Shown here one piece after another: positions 20,195-30,921 of a DNA stretch of 64,000 nt. Made by a program: the position numbers and the translations under genes. Position 1 is the stretch's first letter; every line of letters starts with the position of its first letter. Below the pieces are notes generated by a model that made no database searches, was not told where the DNA came from, and saw only the letters and a program-made list of their open reading frames with translations. This DNA comes from an uncultured bacterium. Its GTDB lineage: Bacteria; Bacteroidota; Bacteroidia; Bacteroidales; Muribaculaceae. The DNA lies in NCBI GenBank assembly GCA_945612775.1, contig CALZAF010000002.1, positions 1,000-64,999 on the forward strand. The letters are read 5' to 3'.

Positions 20195-20324
20195 TAACGA
20201 ACTATGAGCCTCTATATTGCGCAAAATATATATTTTGATACAAAAAATTTTACAACCTATTACTCTTGACATTACGGGTATATTCTAAGTGAAAAAAATT
20301 CGCAAAAACCCGTGCAGCAATATA

Positions 20325-20915
20325 TTAGAATGACAAAGATATGCGGTTTTCTTCAGCCAATCGACGCATATTGAGTATAGCATAACGCATGCGTCCCAAA
20401 GCAGTATTAACGCTTACATGGGTGGTGTCGGCTATCTCTTTAAAGCTCATATCCTTGTAGTAACGCATAAACAGCACCTCTCTTTGCGATTCGGGCAAAG
20501 CGTTTACAAGGTTTCGGATATCGCTATGTATCTGGCGAGTCACCATAAAGTCTTCGATAGTGTCTTCGCTAAGCTCCTTGCGATTAAAAATGTCGAAATC
20601 GCAGTTATCACACGACTGAAGATTTTCAGCCTTCTCCTGACGGAAATAATCAATAATTAGGTTGTGGGCGATGCGATTGATCCATGCCAAAAATTTACCG
20701 TTTTCGGTATATCTTCCTTGCTTAATGGTCATAATTGCTTTAACGAATGTTTCCTGAAAAACATCGTCTGCTACATCTTCATCTTTAACCTGGTGAAAAA
20801 TATAAGAGTACACACGATTCTTGTGTCGCTCTATCAAGGTATCGAACGCCTCACATTCACCTCCGATGTACAATTTTACCAATTGTTCATCCGACTGGTC
20901 AATATATTTTCTCAT
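20325..20915 (-). CDS. RNA polymerase sigma-70 family factor, ECF-type
   Basis: 196 aa. Region 2 (DVADDVFQETFVKAI...FLAWINRIAHNLIIDYFR) and region 4 (ESQREVLFMRYYKDMSFKEIADTTHVSVNTALGRMRYA). Confidence 0.85.
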   Translation of the reverse strand: MRKYIDQSDEQLVKLYIGGECEAFDTLIERHKNRVYSYIFHQVKDEDVADDVFQETFVKAIMTIKQGRYTENGKFLAWINRIAHNLIIDYFRQEKAENLQSCDNCDFDIFNRKELSEDTIEDFMVTRQIHSDIRNLVNALPESQREVLFMRYYKDMSFKEIADTTHVSVNTALGRMRYAILNMRRLAEENRISLSF

Positions 20916-21007
20916 TATAACAACTATTTTATTTGTTTAATAAGTAAAATTTTTCGATAGGCTGTTCGTTTTTTATTGTTCTGAAATAATTAATTGTTTT
21001 TACGGAG

Positions 21008-21015
21008 CAAATATA
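21008..21015 (-). promoter_or_regulatory. -7 promoter motif TATATTTG (sigma factor gene)
   Basis: Perfect TAnnTTTG on the minus strand, 93 nt upstream of ATG 20915 and just downstream of the prmA terminator. Confidence 0.35.
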
Positions 21016-21035
21016 ATACTAAAAATCAAAAGAAA

Positions 21036-21068
21036 GGGTTAAAATCGTTAATTTAACAATTTTAACCC
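21036..21068 (-). terminator. intrinsic terminator of the prmA operon
   Basis: Near-perfect palindrome gggttaaaat-cgttaatttaaca-attttaaccc. On the minus strand it is followed by TTTCTTTTGATTTTT. Confidence 0.7.
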
Positions 21069-21178
21069 ATAATATTTTCACTTTTTTCTCGTTGATTGCC
21101 ATTATTGGGGCTGAACCATTCTTTTTCAGCTCCGCCAACGGTCAGGCGGCTGCCTCACAAGTCGCCTCTTCGGTTTAT

Positions 21179-22027
21179 CTACGCCGAATAGTTAAAAACA
21201 GCCATAGTCCAGTCGTTTCTTACCGACTTTTCGACCAGTCTCAAACCATACTCCGAAAGTTTGCCTTCAAGAATAAGCAAATCATTTTCGTAGAAACCTG
21301 AGATAAACATTTTTGCCCCATTGCGAAGCGTTTTTGCATATTTGTCGATGTCGTTGATTATTATATTGCGATTGATGTTTGCTAAAAACAAGTCGCAATG
21401 GCGTTCATCAGGCAGAGAATTAGCATCGCCAAGTATCATATTCACATCCACATTATTGAGCGCAGCATTATCCACTGCATTTTGCCATGCGCCTGAGTCG
21501 ATCTCTATACCAGTCACCTTACTCGCACCAAGTTTTGATGCCATAATAGATAATATGCCTGTTCCGGCGCCCATATCGATTACGTTTTTCCCGGCAATAT
21601 CAGCTTCAAGCAGCGCAGCAAGCATCATCGATGTGGTTTCGTGATGGCCAGAACCAAACGACATCTTGGGATCGATGATTATATCATATTTGCACTTAGG
21701 ATAATCGCTATGATATGAAGCATGCACCACGCATTGGTCGCCTATCACTATGGGCTTAAACGATTCCTTTTCCCAACTTTCGTTCCAGTTGTCGCCCTTA
21801 ATTTCGGTTGCGGTCCAAGCAATCTTTGCCGAGAAATTATAACACTGAAGCGCAGTAGCTACATCTTCTGGGGCGTATATATCCTTATTTATATAGGCGT
21901 TCATTCCAGCATCGGTTGTCACAAACGACTCATAACCGAAATCGCAAAGAAACGCCGCCAAAATATACATTTCGTCGGCATTAAAGGGCTTACAGGTAAA
22001 ATTTACCTCAATATAATCTATTCCCAT
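21179..22027 (-). CDS. prmA: ribosomal protein L11 methyltransferase
   Basis: 282 aa. SAM-binding DMGAGTGILS. Bacteroidota-type PrmA length. Confidence 0.85.
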   Translation of the reverse strand: MGIDYIEVNFTCKPFNADEMYILAAFLCDFGYESFVTTDAGMNAYINKDIYAPEDVATALQCYNFSAKIAWTATEIKGDNWNESWEKESFKPIVIGDQCVVHASYHSDYPKCKYDIIIDPKMSFGSGHHETTSMMLAALLEADIAGKNVIDMGAGTGILSIMASKLGASKVTGIEIDSGAWQNAVDNAALNNVDVNMILGDANSLPDERHCDLFLANINRNIIINDIDKYAKTLRNGAKMFISGFYENDLLILEGKLSEYGLRLVEKSVRNDWTMAVFNYSA

Positions 22028-22033
22028 AACCTT

Positions 22034-22336
22034 TTACTTCCTTCTTAATCGGGTCACAAATTTTGCAACGTTAAATGCTATCAATGCATAATCTACCCAT
22101 TTCAATCGGCCCGATACGAGTTTAATAATATTACCGGTAAGACCTTTTGCGGTAGTTTGTGACTTAAATTGAGCCAACTGATTATTGGCTTTCTGCGTCA
22201 ACTTAGCCTTTTCATTTTCGAGTTTAATCAACGCCAAAGCGCGCTGAAAACGCAGTTGCTCCAATGTATAACCTTCCCATTCGGGTTCTGCGCCTTGATT
22301 GGCTACTGGTGTTATGCCGTTCTGATTAATTGCCAT
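22034..22336 (-). CDS. hypothetical 100-aa protein with a coiled-coil centre and C-terminal hydrophobic/basic anchor (YqjK-like architecture)
   Basis: LEQLRFQRALALIKLENEKAKL heptad-like segment. C-terminal WVDYALIAFNVAKFVTRLRRK. 6-nt gaps to both neighbours. Confidence 0.6.
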   Translation of the reverse strand: MAINQNGITPVANQGAEPEWEGYTLEQLRFQRALALIKLENEKAKLTQKANNQLAQFKSQTTAKGLTGNIIKLVSGRLKWVDYALIAFNVAKFVTRLRRK

Positions 22337-22342
22337 AGCTAA

Positions 22343-22690
22343 TTATTTTTTAGGTGTTAAGAACAACTTCGACAAGAATTTCGCAATAGGGTTTATTATT
22401 AGTTTATCCCTTAACCCTATCACTACGCCCATCAATATTAAGTATAATGAGGCTACAATAAGATAAGCACCCCATTGGCATCCGAGCACCTGGGTCAAAT
22501 AGCTCTCAAGCGATAGCGAAAGGTAGAACAAAACGCATATTGCCAAAGCTCCCACTATAACCGACACTGCAGCAGTAGATAGCAGCACCACCATCTTCTC
22601 CACCACCGTGAGCTTACTATAATCCACTTGCAAGGTGACATATCTCTTTATCTCCTCCACAAGCTGCTTGTAATTATCAGAATCAATCAT
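22343..22690 (-). CDS. two-TM membrane protein of the type annotated as phage holin family / holin-X (YqjE-like)
   Basis: 115 aa. Charged N-terminus, two hydrophobic helices (VVLLSTAAVSVIVGALAICVLFYL; GAYLIVASLYLILMGVVIGL), basic C-terminus. Family label is from memory. Confidence 0.6.
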   Translation of the reverse strand: MIDSDNYKQLVEEIKRYVTLQVDYSKLTVVEKMVVLLSTAAVSVIVGALAICVLFYLSLSLESYLTQVLGCQWGAYLIVASLYLILMGVVIGLRDKLIINPIAKFLSKLFLTPKK

Positions 22691-22722
22691 AACTTCAATT
22701 CATTTATGTTAATATATGACTA

Positions 22723-22758
22723 TTTTCTTGGCATAAAACTCTGTTTACGCCAAGAAAA
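22723..22758 (-). other. stable intercistronic hairpin between ytxH copy 2 and the two-TM gene
   Basis: ttttcttggc/gccaagaaaa perfect 10-bp stem with a 16-nt loop. No U-tract on either strand. Confidence 0.5.
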
Positions 22759-22787
22759 CAATCTATTCGCTTATCAGTCCGAATATA

Positions 22788-22985
22788 TTATTCTTCAATC
22801 TGAGCGGTAATCTGAGAGATTAAAGCCTCCACTTCGTCATCGGTAAAGCTGATGCCTTTCGACTTGAGGATATCCTTAATCTTAGTTCTCAAATCTGAGC
22901 CTTTCTCTGGTGCAAACAATACTGCAACTGCGCATCCCACGATTGCTCCGCCCAAAAAGGCTGATACTAATCCAATTCCTTTCAT
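22788..22985 (-). CDS. YtxH-domain protein, copy 2
   Basis: 65 aa. N-terminal TM helix, then the FAPEKGSD motif and an acidic helical tail. Paralogous to the upstream gene. Confidence 0.75.
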   Translation of the reverse strand: MKGIGLVSAFLGGAIVGCAVAVLFAPEKGSDLRTKIKDILKSKGISFTDDEVEALISQITAQIEE

Positions 22986-23015
22986 AATCTATAAATAATA
23001 GGTTTACTCAAATTA

Positions 23016-23222
23016 TTATGCTTCGTTTCCTTCTACTTCGTCGGTAATCTCTTTTACGAGTTCATCCAACTTTTCATCCTTTAGGGCAACACCCTTTTCT
23101 CGCAATATCTGAGCGATACGACTGCGGGTGTCTGAACCCTTCTCTGGAGCGAACAACAGACCGATAGCAGCGCCTGCAATAGCTCCGCTAATAACTGCTA
23201 AAATTACATGTAATGGTTTCAT
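23016..23222 (-). CDS. YtxH-domain protein, copy 1
   Basis: 68 aa. N-terminal TM helix (ILAVISGAIAGAAIGLLF), APEKGSD motif, acidic tail. Confidence 0.75.
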   Translation of the reverse strand: MKPLHVILAVISGAIAGAAIGLLFAPEKGSDTRSRIAQILREKGVALKDEKLDELVKEITDEVEGNEA

Positions 23223-23475
23223 AACTTATCTGTGTTTTATAAACGTTAATATCATTATATCTGCAAATAACTTGCCATTTCTGTATTATATATACAATCT
23301 GACGCATTATTTAGTTCAAATCTATCAATAGTTTTTGACTAATCAAAATAATTTTGCTTTTATTTTGAAAAACTTCCATCATTTCAATATCCGTTAACAT
23401 CTTTATCCGCCAAAATGCCGGCATAATCTATTTATTGAACTTGTCAAATATTCTACAGGACAGAAAGTGCTGCCG

Positions 23476-23496
23476 TTATCCATGCACATTATCCAT
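23476..23496 (+). promoter_or_regulatory. direct repeat TTATCCAT-N5-TTATCCAT upstream of the uvrA promoter
   Basis: Two identical octamers at 23476-23483 and 23489-23496. A third TTATCCGC lies at 23403-23410. They sit 58-78 nt upstream of the -7 motif. Confidence 0.25.
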
Positions 23497-23553
23497 CTTA
23501 AATTTAACTTTAGATATATGGTACTGCTATTTCGATATTAAGAGCAAATTTCG

Positions 23554-23561
23554 TAATTTTG
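23554..23561 (+). promoter_or_regulatory. -7 promoter motif TAATTTTG (uvrA)
   Basis: Perfect TAnnTTTG, 25 nt upstream of ATG 23586. Confidence 0.5.
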
Positions 23562-23585
23562 CAAGAATAATATTGAAACATCACA

Positions 23586-26378
23586 ATGAGTTCGAACAAA
23601 ATACAAGTATCTGGTGCTCGAGTCAACAATCTCAAGAACATCAGCCTTGACATACCTCGCGGAAAATTCGTAGTAATCACTGGGCTATCCGGCTCGGGAA
23701 AATCGTCACTTGCCTTCGACACTCTTTACGCCGAAGGGCAGCGACGTTATGTGGAAAGCCTGTCATCCTACGCTCGCCAATTCCTTGGCCGAATGCCAAA
23801 ACCTGAGTGTGACTTCATCAAAGGATTGCCGCCAGCAATCGCTATCGAGCAGAAAGTCACCACTCGCAATTCGCGAAGCACCGTTGGCACTTCTACTGAA
23901 ATATATGACTATCTACGAATGTTGTTTTCGCGAATCGGCAAGACTTATTCGCCAGTATCCGGCCAGCTGGTAAAGAAGCATACGTCCGACGATGTGGTCA
24001 GCACCATCAACAGCTACCCTATCGGTACCCGCTTTGCCATTCTCACCAATATAACATTACCAGAAAACCGCGATTTTAAGACTCATCTCGACATTTTATT
24101 AAAAGGCGGTTACTCACGCCTTGAGCACTGCGGTAGATTTGTTCAAATTACCGATTTGCTTAACGACGATTCTGATTTACGAGCCGATGAATACCGATTG
24201 CTTATCGACCGCATGGCTGTGAGTCGCACCAAGGAAGATGATATGCGTATGTACGATTCGCTACAGACTGCATTTTTTGAAGGTCACGACGAATGCCTGG
24301 TTATGATATGGCAAAGCAACGGCACCACCCAAACACTCACTTTCTCGAAGCGCTTTGAATCCGATGGCATAACCTTTCAAGAACCGAGCGATCTGATGTT
24401 TAACTTCAACAATCCCGTTGGAGCTTGTCCCACTTGTGAAGGTTTCGGCAAAGTTACCGGCATCGACGAGAATCTTGTGGTGCCAAACAAAGCTCTGTCG
24501 ATCTACGAAGACGCTGTAACATGCTGGAAAGGCCAAGTGATGAGCGAATGGAAACGCGATTTAATTTCAAAATCAGCAAAATACGGTTTCCCAATTCATA
24601 CGCCATACAACGAACTGACTGACGAACAAAAGCGTTTTTTGTGGCGCGGCAATAGCGAATTTGCAGGCATCGACGGTTTTTTCCGCTTTGTGCAGAGCAA
24701 GATTTATTCTATTCAATATCGCGTGATGCTCAATCGCTATCGTGGAAAAACAGTATGCCCTGAGTGCAATGGTACGCGACTAAAACCCGCCACTCAGTAC
24801 ATCAAAATCAATGGTCTAACCATATCAGATATGGTAAAAATGCCGGTTGTGAAACTTCATCAATGGTTTAAGGATCTCACATTGGACAAAGAGGAGGCTG
24901 TGATTGCCAAACGCTTGCTGGTAGAGATTCAAAACCGACTTTCATTTCTCGATGAGGTGGGTCTTGGATACCTTACACTCGACCGAATATCTTCTACCCT
25001 CTCAGGCGGTGAAAGTCAGCGCATCAATCTTGCCACATCATTGGGCAGTTCGCTCGTTGGTTCCATTTACATCCTCGATGAGCCAAGCATAGGTCTGCAC
25101 TCGCGCGATACCGACCGACTTATCAAGGTGCTAAAAATGCTTCGCGACTTGGGCAACACCGTGGTGGTAGTAGAGCACGATGAAGATATAATCAAAGCAG
25201 CCGACTATCTAATCGACATCGGTCCTGAAGCTGGTCGCAAAGGCGGTGAAGTGGTATTTTCGGGAAAATTAACTGCTGATGCCGAATCTGGCAGAAGCTA
25301 CACCATTAAATACCTAAATGGCGAACTATCTATTCCTTTGCCAAAAATTCGACGTCGCTGGAATCGCTACATCGAAGTTAAAGGTGCTGTAGAGAACAAT
25401 CTGAAAAGCATAGATGTGAAATTCCCGTTAGGAGTTATAACTGTGGTTACAGGCGTTAGCGGTTCTGGCAAATCTACACTTGTTACCGACATCCTTTACC
25501 GCACCATTGCACGCCGACTCGACATTAATGTGGATGCTCCTGGAGCTTGCCTATCGGTGGAAGGTGATCTAAACCTGATCCGCAATATCGATTACGTAGA
25601 TCAAAACCCTATAGGAAAATCATCACGCAGCAATCCGGCTACATATTTAAAGGCATTTGATGAGATTCGACACCTTTTCAGCGAACAGCAATTATCAAAG
25701 CAAATGGGCTATACCGCAGGATATTTTTCATTTAATTCACCTGGCGGACGATGCGAAGAGTGTAAAGGCGAAGGCACAATTACCATCGAAATGCAGTTTA
25801 TGGCCGACATATCGCTTGAATGTGAAGCCTGTCACGGCAAACGCTACAGTCAGAGCGCGCTCGATGTGGAATATCGCGGCAAAACCATCTACGATGTGCT
25901 TTGCATGACAGTAAACCAAGCCATCGAGTTCTTCAGTCAAAGCGACGGCAACACTGAGCGCCGCATCATAAAAAGGTTGAAGCCTCTGCAAGACGTAGGT
26001 CTTGGCTATATTAAATTAGGGCAATCGTCATCCACACTCTCTGGAGGTGAAAATCAGCGTGTGAAACTTGCATATTACCTCTGCGATGAGAAGAAAGACC
26101 CTACGCTCTTTATTTTCGATGAACCGACCACAGGACTTCATTTTCACGACATCAATACACTCATGAAGTCGTTCAACCAGCTTATCGACCACGGGCATAC
26201 TATAATAATCATTGAGCACAATATGGATGTTATAAAATGTGCCGACCACATCATCGACCTTGGACCTGAAGGAGGCAATAATGGCGGAAATGTGGTTGTA
26301 ACTGGTACTCCTGAGGAGGTGGCTAAATGCCCCAACAGTTACACCGGTCAATTCCTCGCCGAGAAACTATCGAAGTAA
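23586..26378 (+). CDS. uvrA: excinuclease ABC subunit A
   Basis: 930 aa. Two ABC modules ([18 protein letters not shown]) and zinc modules (CPTCEG, CPECNG, CEECKG...CEACHG). Confidence 0.95.
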   Translation: MSSNKIQVSGARVNNLKNISLDIPRGKFVVITGLSGSGKSSLAFDTLYAEGQRRYVESLSSYARQFLGRMPKPECDFIKGLPPAIAIEQKVTTRNSRSTVGTSTEIYDYLRMLFSRIGKTYSPVSGQLVKKHTSDDVVSTINSYPIGTRFAILTNITLPENRDFKTHLDILLKGGYSRLEHCGRFVQITDLLNDDSDLRADEYRLLIDRMAVSRTKEDDMRMYDSLQTAFFEGHDECLVMIWQSNGTTQTLTFSKRFESDGITFQEPSDLMFNFNNPVGACPTCEGFGKVTGIDENLVVPNKALSIYEDAVTCWKGQVMSEWKRDLISKSAKYGFPIHTPYNELTDEQKRFLWRGNSEFAGIDGFFRFVQSKIYSIQYRVMLNRYRGKTVCPECNGTRLKPATQYIKINGLTISDMVKMPVVKLHQWFKDLTLDKEEAVIAKRLLVEIQNRLSFLDEVGLGYLTLDRISSTLSGGESQRINLATSLGSSLVGSIYILDEPSIGLHSRDTDRLIKVLKMLRDLGNTVVVVEHDEDIIKAADYLIDIGPEAGRKGGEVVFSGKLTADAESGRSYTIKYLNGELSIPLPKIRRRWNRYIEVKGAVENNLKSIDVKFPLGVITVVTGVSGSGKSTLVTDILYRTIARRLDINVDAPGACLSVEGDLNLIRNIDYVDQNPIGKSSRSNPATYLKAFDEIRHLFSEQQLSKQMGYTAGYFSFNSPGGRCEECKGEGTITIEMQFMADISLECEACHGKRYSQSALDVEYRGKTIYDVLCMTVNQAIEFFSQSDGNTERRIIKRLKPLQDVGLGYIKLGQSSSTLSGGENQRVKLAYYLCDEKKDPTLFIFDEPTTGLHFHDINTLMKSFNQLIDHGHTIIIIEHNMDVIKCADHIIDLGPEGGNNGGNVVVTGTPEEVAKCPNSYTGQFLAEKLSK

Positions 26379-26386
26379 AACATCAA

Positions 26387-26428
26387 AAAATCGGGCAGAC
26401 TGCTTTCAACGGCAATCTACCCGATTTT
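26387..26428. terminator. bidirectional hairpin between uvrA and the convergent beta-helix gene
   Basis: aaaatcgggcaga/tctacccgatttt stem with one mismatch. A-run on the 5' side, T-run on the 3' side. Confidence 0.65.
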
Positions 26429-26451
26429 CTTATTATTACAAACGACGTAAA

Positions 26452-28545
26452 TTACTTCTTGTAGTAACTGCTACATTCCTTTTCGCGAGAAATGATTATC
26501 TGGTTGAATCGTTCAATATCGTCCTTACTCATTTCGGCGCGAGCCTTCCATTCGTCTGAACCATATACGCCGGCTGTGCTGTAATCGAATGGCACAAATC
26601 CTATTTTCTTTATATTCTTCTTGCTTGCGAAACGGAAATCTCCATTCTTGGCATCACGGAACATCGGGTCGGCAAGAATCGACTTCTTTTCGTGCGTTTT
26701 ACTCCATTCAGCAAACGTATTACCAAGCAACTCTGGCTTAGTGGTCCTATAGTCCCAATACATATTGCTGATGTAATCAATTTTTGCCTTATCCCAAGCA
26801 CCACTCATAATTTTGCCGCAATCCGACAGCACAATATTGTTGCAGAAGGTAAATGATCGGTGTCCTTCTACGCGAGTAAACTGCAATGTCTGATATTGTC
26901 CAAATGCAAGAATGTTATTGCGAATAATATTATCCTTGCCATAATGCTGGTGGAATGCGCCGCTCTTGCAAGCATATACAAGATTATTTTCCATCACCAC
27001 GCCAGTGCTGCCTTCATCGGTGTATAATCCCCAACCACCATAATCGTAGCTATACACGTCGTGAATCACATTATTATGTATGCGAGTGCCCGGCGAGATG
27101 CCAAGGGTATATACAGCGCCCATATCTGAGAGTTCGCCCCAGCCCACATGGTGAATGTGATTATATGCTACCTCGTTGTGATGTGCTAAACTTGGAGTAT
27201 ATCCCCAAACCCATCCAACCGAGACTCCCGAATAACGCAAATTAGAAATTTCGTTATGCAGAACTTTGTTATACGATGAGTGGAATATTGCCACACCCAC
27301 GCCACAAGGGAGCACCATACCAGTCTGCTGAATGATGCTATTCTCAATAGTTACCCTTTGGGTAACATCAGTAGTGTCGGCAGGAACATTATAGTCGCCA
27401 ATCTTCACACCGCCTGCACCGAGGTCTCTAAGCAGAGAGTGCTTTACATTGCAATCGCTGCAAGCAGTCTTAAACCACATAGCATAGTTTCCAGTGTGCA
27501 TCACGCTACAATTATCGAAGCAAATATTCTTTGCATAATCAAGGTGTATTGCGGCAGGAATGCTTGCAGCTGCCTGTTCGGCATCGTTACCCCATTTGGG
27601 CATAACGTATGATGAATAATGGAAATCTATATTGCGGAAAGTTATATCTATAATCGGGTCTTCCTTTGAACCGTGAATATTAAGCAAGGTAGATACCGCA
27701 GGAGCAACCACTTCGGCGCTGCGCATATCTTCACCTTCGCGAGGCATATAATAAACCATCGCATTATCCACGTCAAGCCACCATTCGCCAGGCATTGAGA
27801 TAGCTTCTTTATAGTTTTCAAGAACATAGCGACTGCCAGTGGTTATCTGATTCCAAGGCTTCATGCCACCGCCATTGAGATATACAAAACCTGAATCTGC
27901 CACTACTCTACTCAAATATCGGCGAGTGTTATCCCATTTGTGATAGAACATAGTCATCACATTCTGCATCTGATTTGCATCAAGGTCTTTCAATGTGCTT
28001 AAATCTTCTGGGTTAACGATAATTTTTTGAGTAGCATACTCAGGAGCACGACCATTTCCATAATAATGAACGTCTTCCTTCGAATCTTTTACCACAAACC
28101 ACTCATTATCTGGTGTGCAGGCACGAATTGCTCTGCGACCATTCACATACATTTGCTCAAATTTGAAGCCATACATTTTGGTAGCATCTACTTCAGCAAA
28201 CCAAAGTCCATCATCGCCCTGTTTCCAACCGCTAATTTTCACGCCGCCATTCATCACAGCACCTTGCTCGGAGCTGCAACGAACCACAACTGGTGATTTC
28301 GGACAATACGTGATTTCGATGGGTTTTGACAATTGATATTCACCGGGTGCTACTTCCACAAAAACGGTATCGGCATCATATATGCAAGCTGCCTTCTTGA
28401 TTGCCGCCTCTATCGTGCAATAAGGCTTCGCCGTTGTGCCATTGGCGGTAGCGTCACATCCTTGTGGAGACACATTTATCGTGTCTTGCGCACTGACAGA
28501 AGCACTTGCACAGATAATGGATGCGAATAATACAAATTCTTTCAT
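26452..28545 (-). CDS. secreted right-handed parallel beta-helix repeat protein (probable glycan-active enzyme, specificity unknown)
   Basis: 697 aa. Signal peptide MKEFVLFASIICASASVSAQ. Repeated beta-helix turns (IHNNVIHD, MENNLVYA, IRNNILAF, FCNNIVLS). Confidence 0.65.
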   Translation of the reverse strand: MKEFVLFASIICASASVSAQDTINVSPQGCDATANGTTAKPYCTIEAAIKKAACIYDADTVFVEVAPGEYQLSKPIEITYCPKSPVVVRCSSEQGAVMNGGVKISGWKQGDDGLWFAEVDATKMYGFKFEQMYVNGRRAIRACTPDNEWFVVKDSKEDVHYYGNGRAPEYATQKIIVNPEDLSTLKDLDANQMQNVMTMFYHKWDNTRRYLSRVVADSGFVYLNGGGMKPWNQITTGSRYVLENYKEAISMPGEWWLDVDNAMVYYMPREGEDMRSAEVVAPAVSTLLNIHGSKEDPIIDITFRNIDFHYSSYVMPKWGNDAEQAAASIPAAIHLDYAKNICFDNCSVMHTGNYAMWFKTACSDCNVKHSLLRDLGAGGVKIGDYNVPADTTDVTQRVTIENSIIQQTGMVLPCGVGVAIFHSSYNKVLHNEISNLRYSGVSVGWVWGYTPSLAHHNEVAYNHIHHVGWGELSDMGAVYTLGISPGTRIHNNVIHDVYSYDYGGWGLYTDEGSTGVVMENNLVYACKSGAFHQHYGKDNIIRNNILAFGQYQTLQFTRVEGHRSFTFCNNIVLSDCGKIMSGAWDKAKIDYISNMYWDYRTTKPELLGNTFAEWSKTHEKKSILADPMFRDAKNGDFRFASKKNIKKIGFVPFDYSTAGVYGSDEWKARAEMSKDDIERFNQIIISREKECSSYYKK

Positions 28546-28650
28546 AATTCAAATATTTTTTGAGTTAATATGGTTATATGTATTCTATTTCATGGCAAAA
28601 AGTGTCATCTTATGGACACTTACATAATGTTTTTTATAACGATAAATTTC

Positions 28651-28679
28651 AAAATGGAGGCGGTAATTGCCCCCATTTT
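28651..28679 (-). terminator. terminator after the Dabb gene
   Basis: aaaatgg(a)gg/ccccatttt stem. On the minus strand it is followed by TTTTGAAATTT. Confidence 0.55.
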
Positions 28680-28690
28680 GAAACTATATA

Positions 28691-28984
28691 TTAGCACTCA
28701 TAATCTACGCAGGCGCGAACATCTACATGTCCACCTATAATGCCTGCTGCAGCCACATGAGCAGGATGTTTAGCATAGATATTAACTTCGTCGAGTGTTG
28801 CTACCACTGCAGTTAGCACCACATCGTAGGTTTCATTAGGATTCTGGTTCAATCCCACTTCGATGCTCTGGAGCACTTCAATCTTCGAAGGCAATTCCAC
28901 CAAAGCATCTCTAAATTTTGTTGCTAATGCAAGGCGTTCTTCTGCAGTGCCTTTCAACTTAAATGTTACGATATGCTTTACCAT
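28691..28984 (-). CDS. Dabb (stress-responsive alpha/beta barrel) family protein
   Basis: 97 aa. MVKHIVTFKLK... ferredoxin-like dimeric barrel pattern. 9 nt downstream of the ABC-F gene. Confidence 0.65.
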   Translation of the reverse strand: MVKHIVTFKLKGTAEERLALATKFRDALVELPSKIEVLQSIEVGLNQNPNETYDVVLTAVVATLDEVNIYAKHPAHVAAAGIIGGHVDVRACVDYEC

Positions 28985-28993
28985 TGTATTATT

Positions 28994-30658
<1,665 letters not shown>

Positions 30659-30727
30659 TTACAATATAAATTTCTATTGATTGTCAGCACCGAAAATACT
30701 TGAATTTTACCATTTTTAGCATCAAAT

Positions 30728-30751
30728 AAGGGTGACATCGCTGCCACCCTT
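30728..30751 (-). terminator. hairpin downstream of radA
   Basis: aagggtg/caccctt 7-bp stem with T/A-rich flanks. Lies 170 nt after the radA stop. Confidence 0.4.
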
Positions 30752-30921
30752 TTATGAGTTTTATTTTTATAGCCGTATTTACTATCGCAGTAATATCGGC
30801 AATTAATGTTTTATTATAAAAGTTAGTTAGTTTGAAGCTTGTTATTTATTATTTACGTCAATTTGACTATCAAATTCTTGAATGGTTTAACGGCATTTAT
30901 TAATTTAACATTCATTAACCA

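Noticed and set aside
21092-21301. 69-aa plus-strand ORF and the GC-rich patch just downstream of prmA.
   Set aside because: It overlaps the prmA 3' end in antisense. The region is better explained by a weak hairpin (21108-21134) preceding the main prmA terminator.
22343-22690. The holin-family label as evidence of a prophage remnant or lysis cassette.
   Set aside because: There is no endolysin, spanin, capsid or integrase gene anywhere in the window. The gene is embedded in a housekeeping-looking operon with prmA.
23223-23585. Possible oriC in the AT-rich ytxH-uvrA intergenic region with TTATCC boxes.
   Set aside because: There are only three imperfect boxes. Gene orientation does not switch here: most genes on both sides remain on the minus strand. 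I kept it only as a possible transcription-factor site.
30754-30819. 21-codon hydrophobic ORF (MSFIFIAVFTIAVISAINVLL) on the plus strand, a possible type I toxin-like peptide.
   Set aside because: There is no TAnnTTTG motif upstream, and it starts inside the T-tail of the radA terminator hairpin. Such an ORF is easily produced by chance in AT-rich DNA, so there is not enough support to call it.
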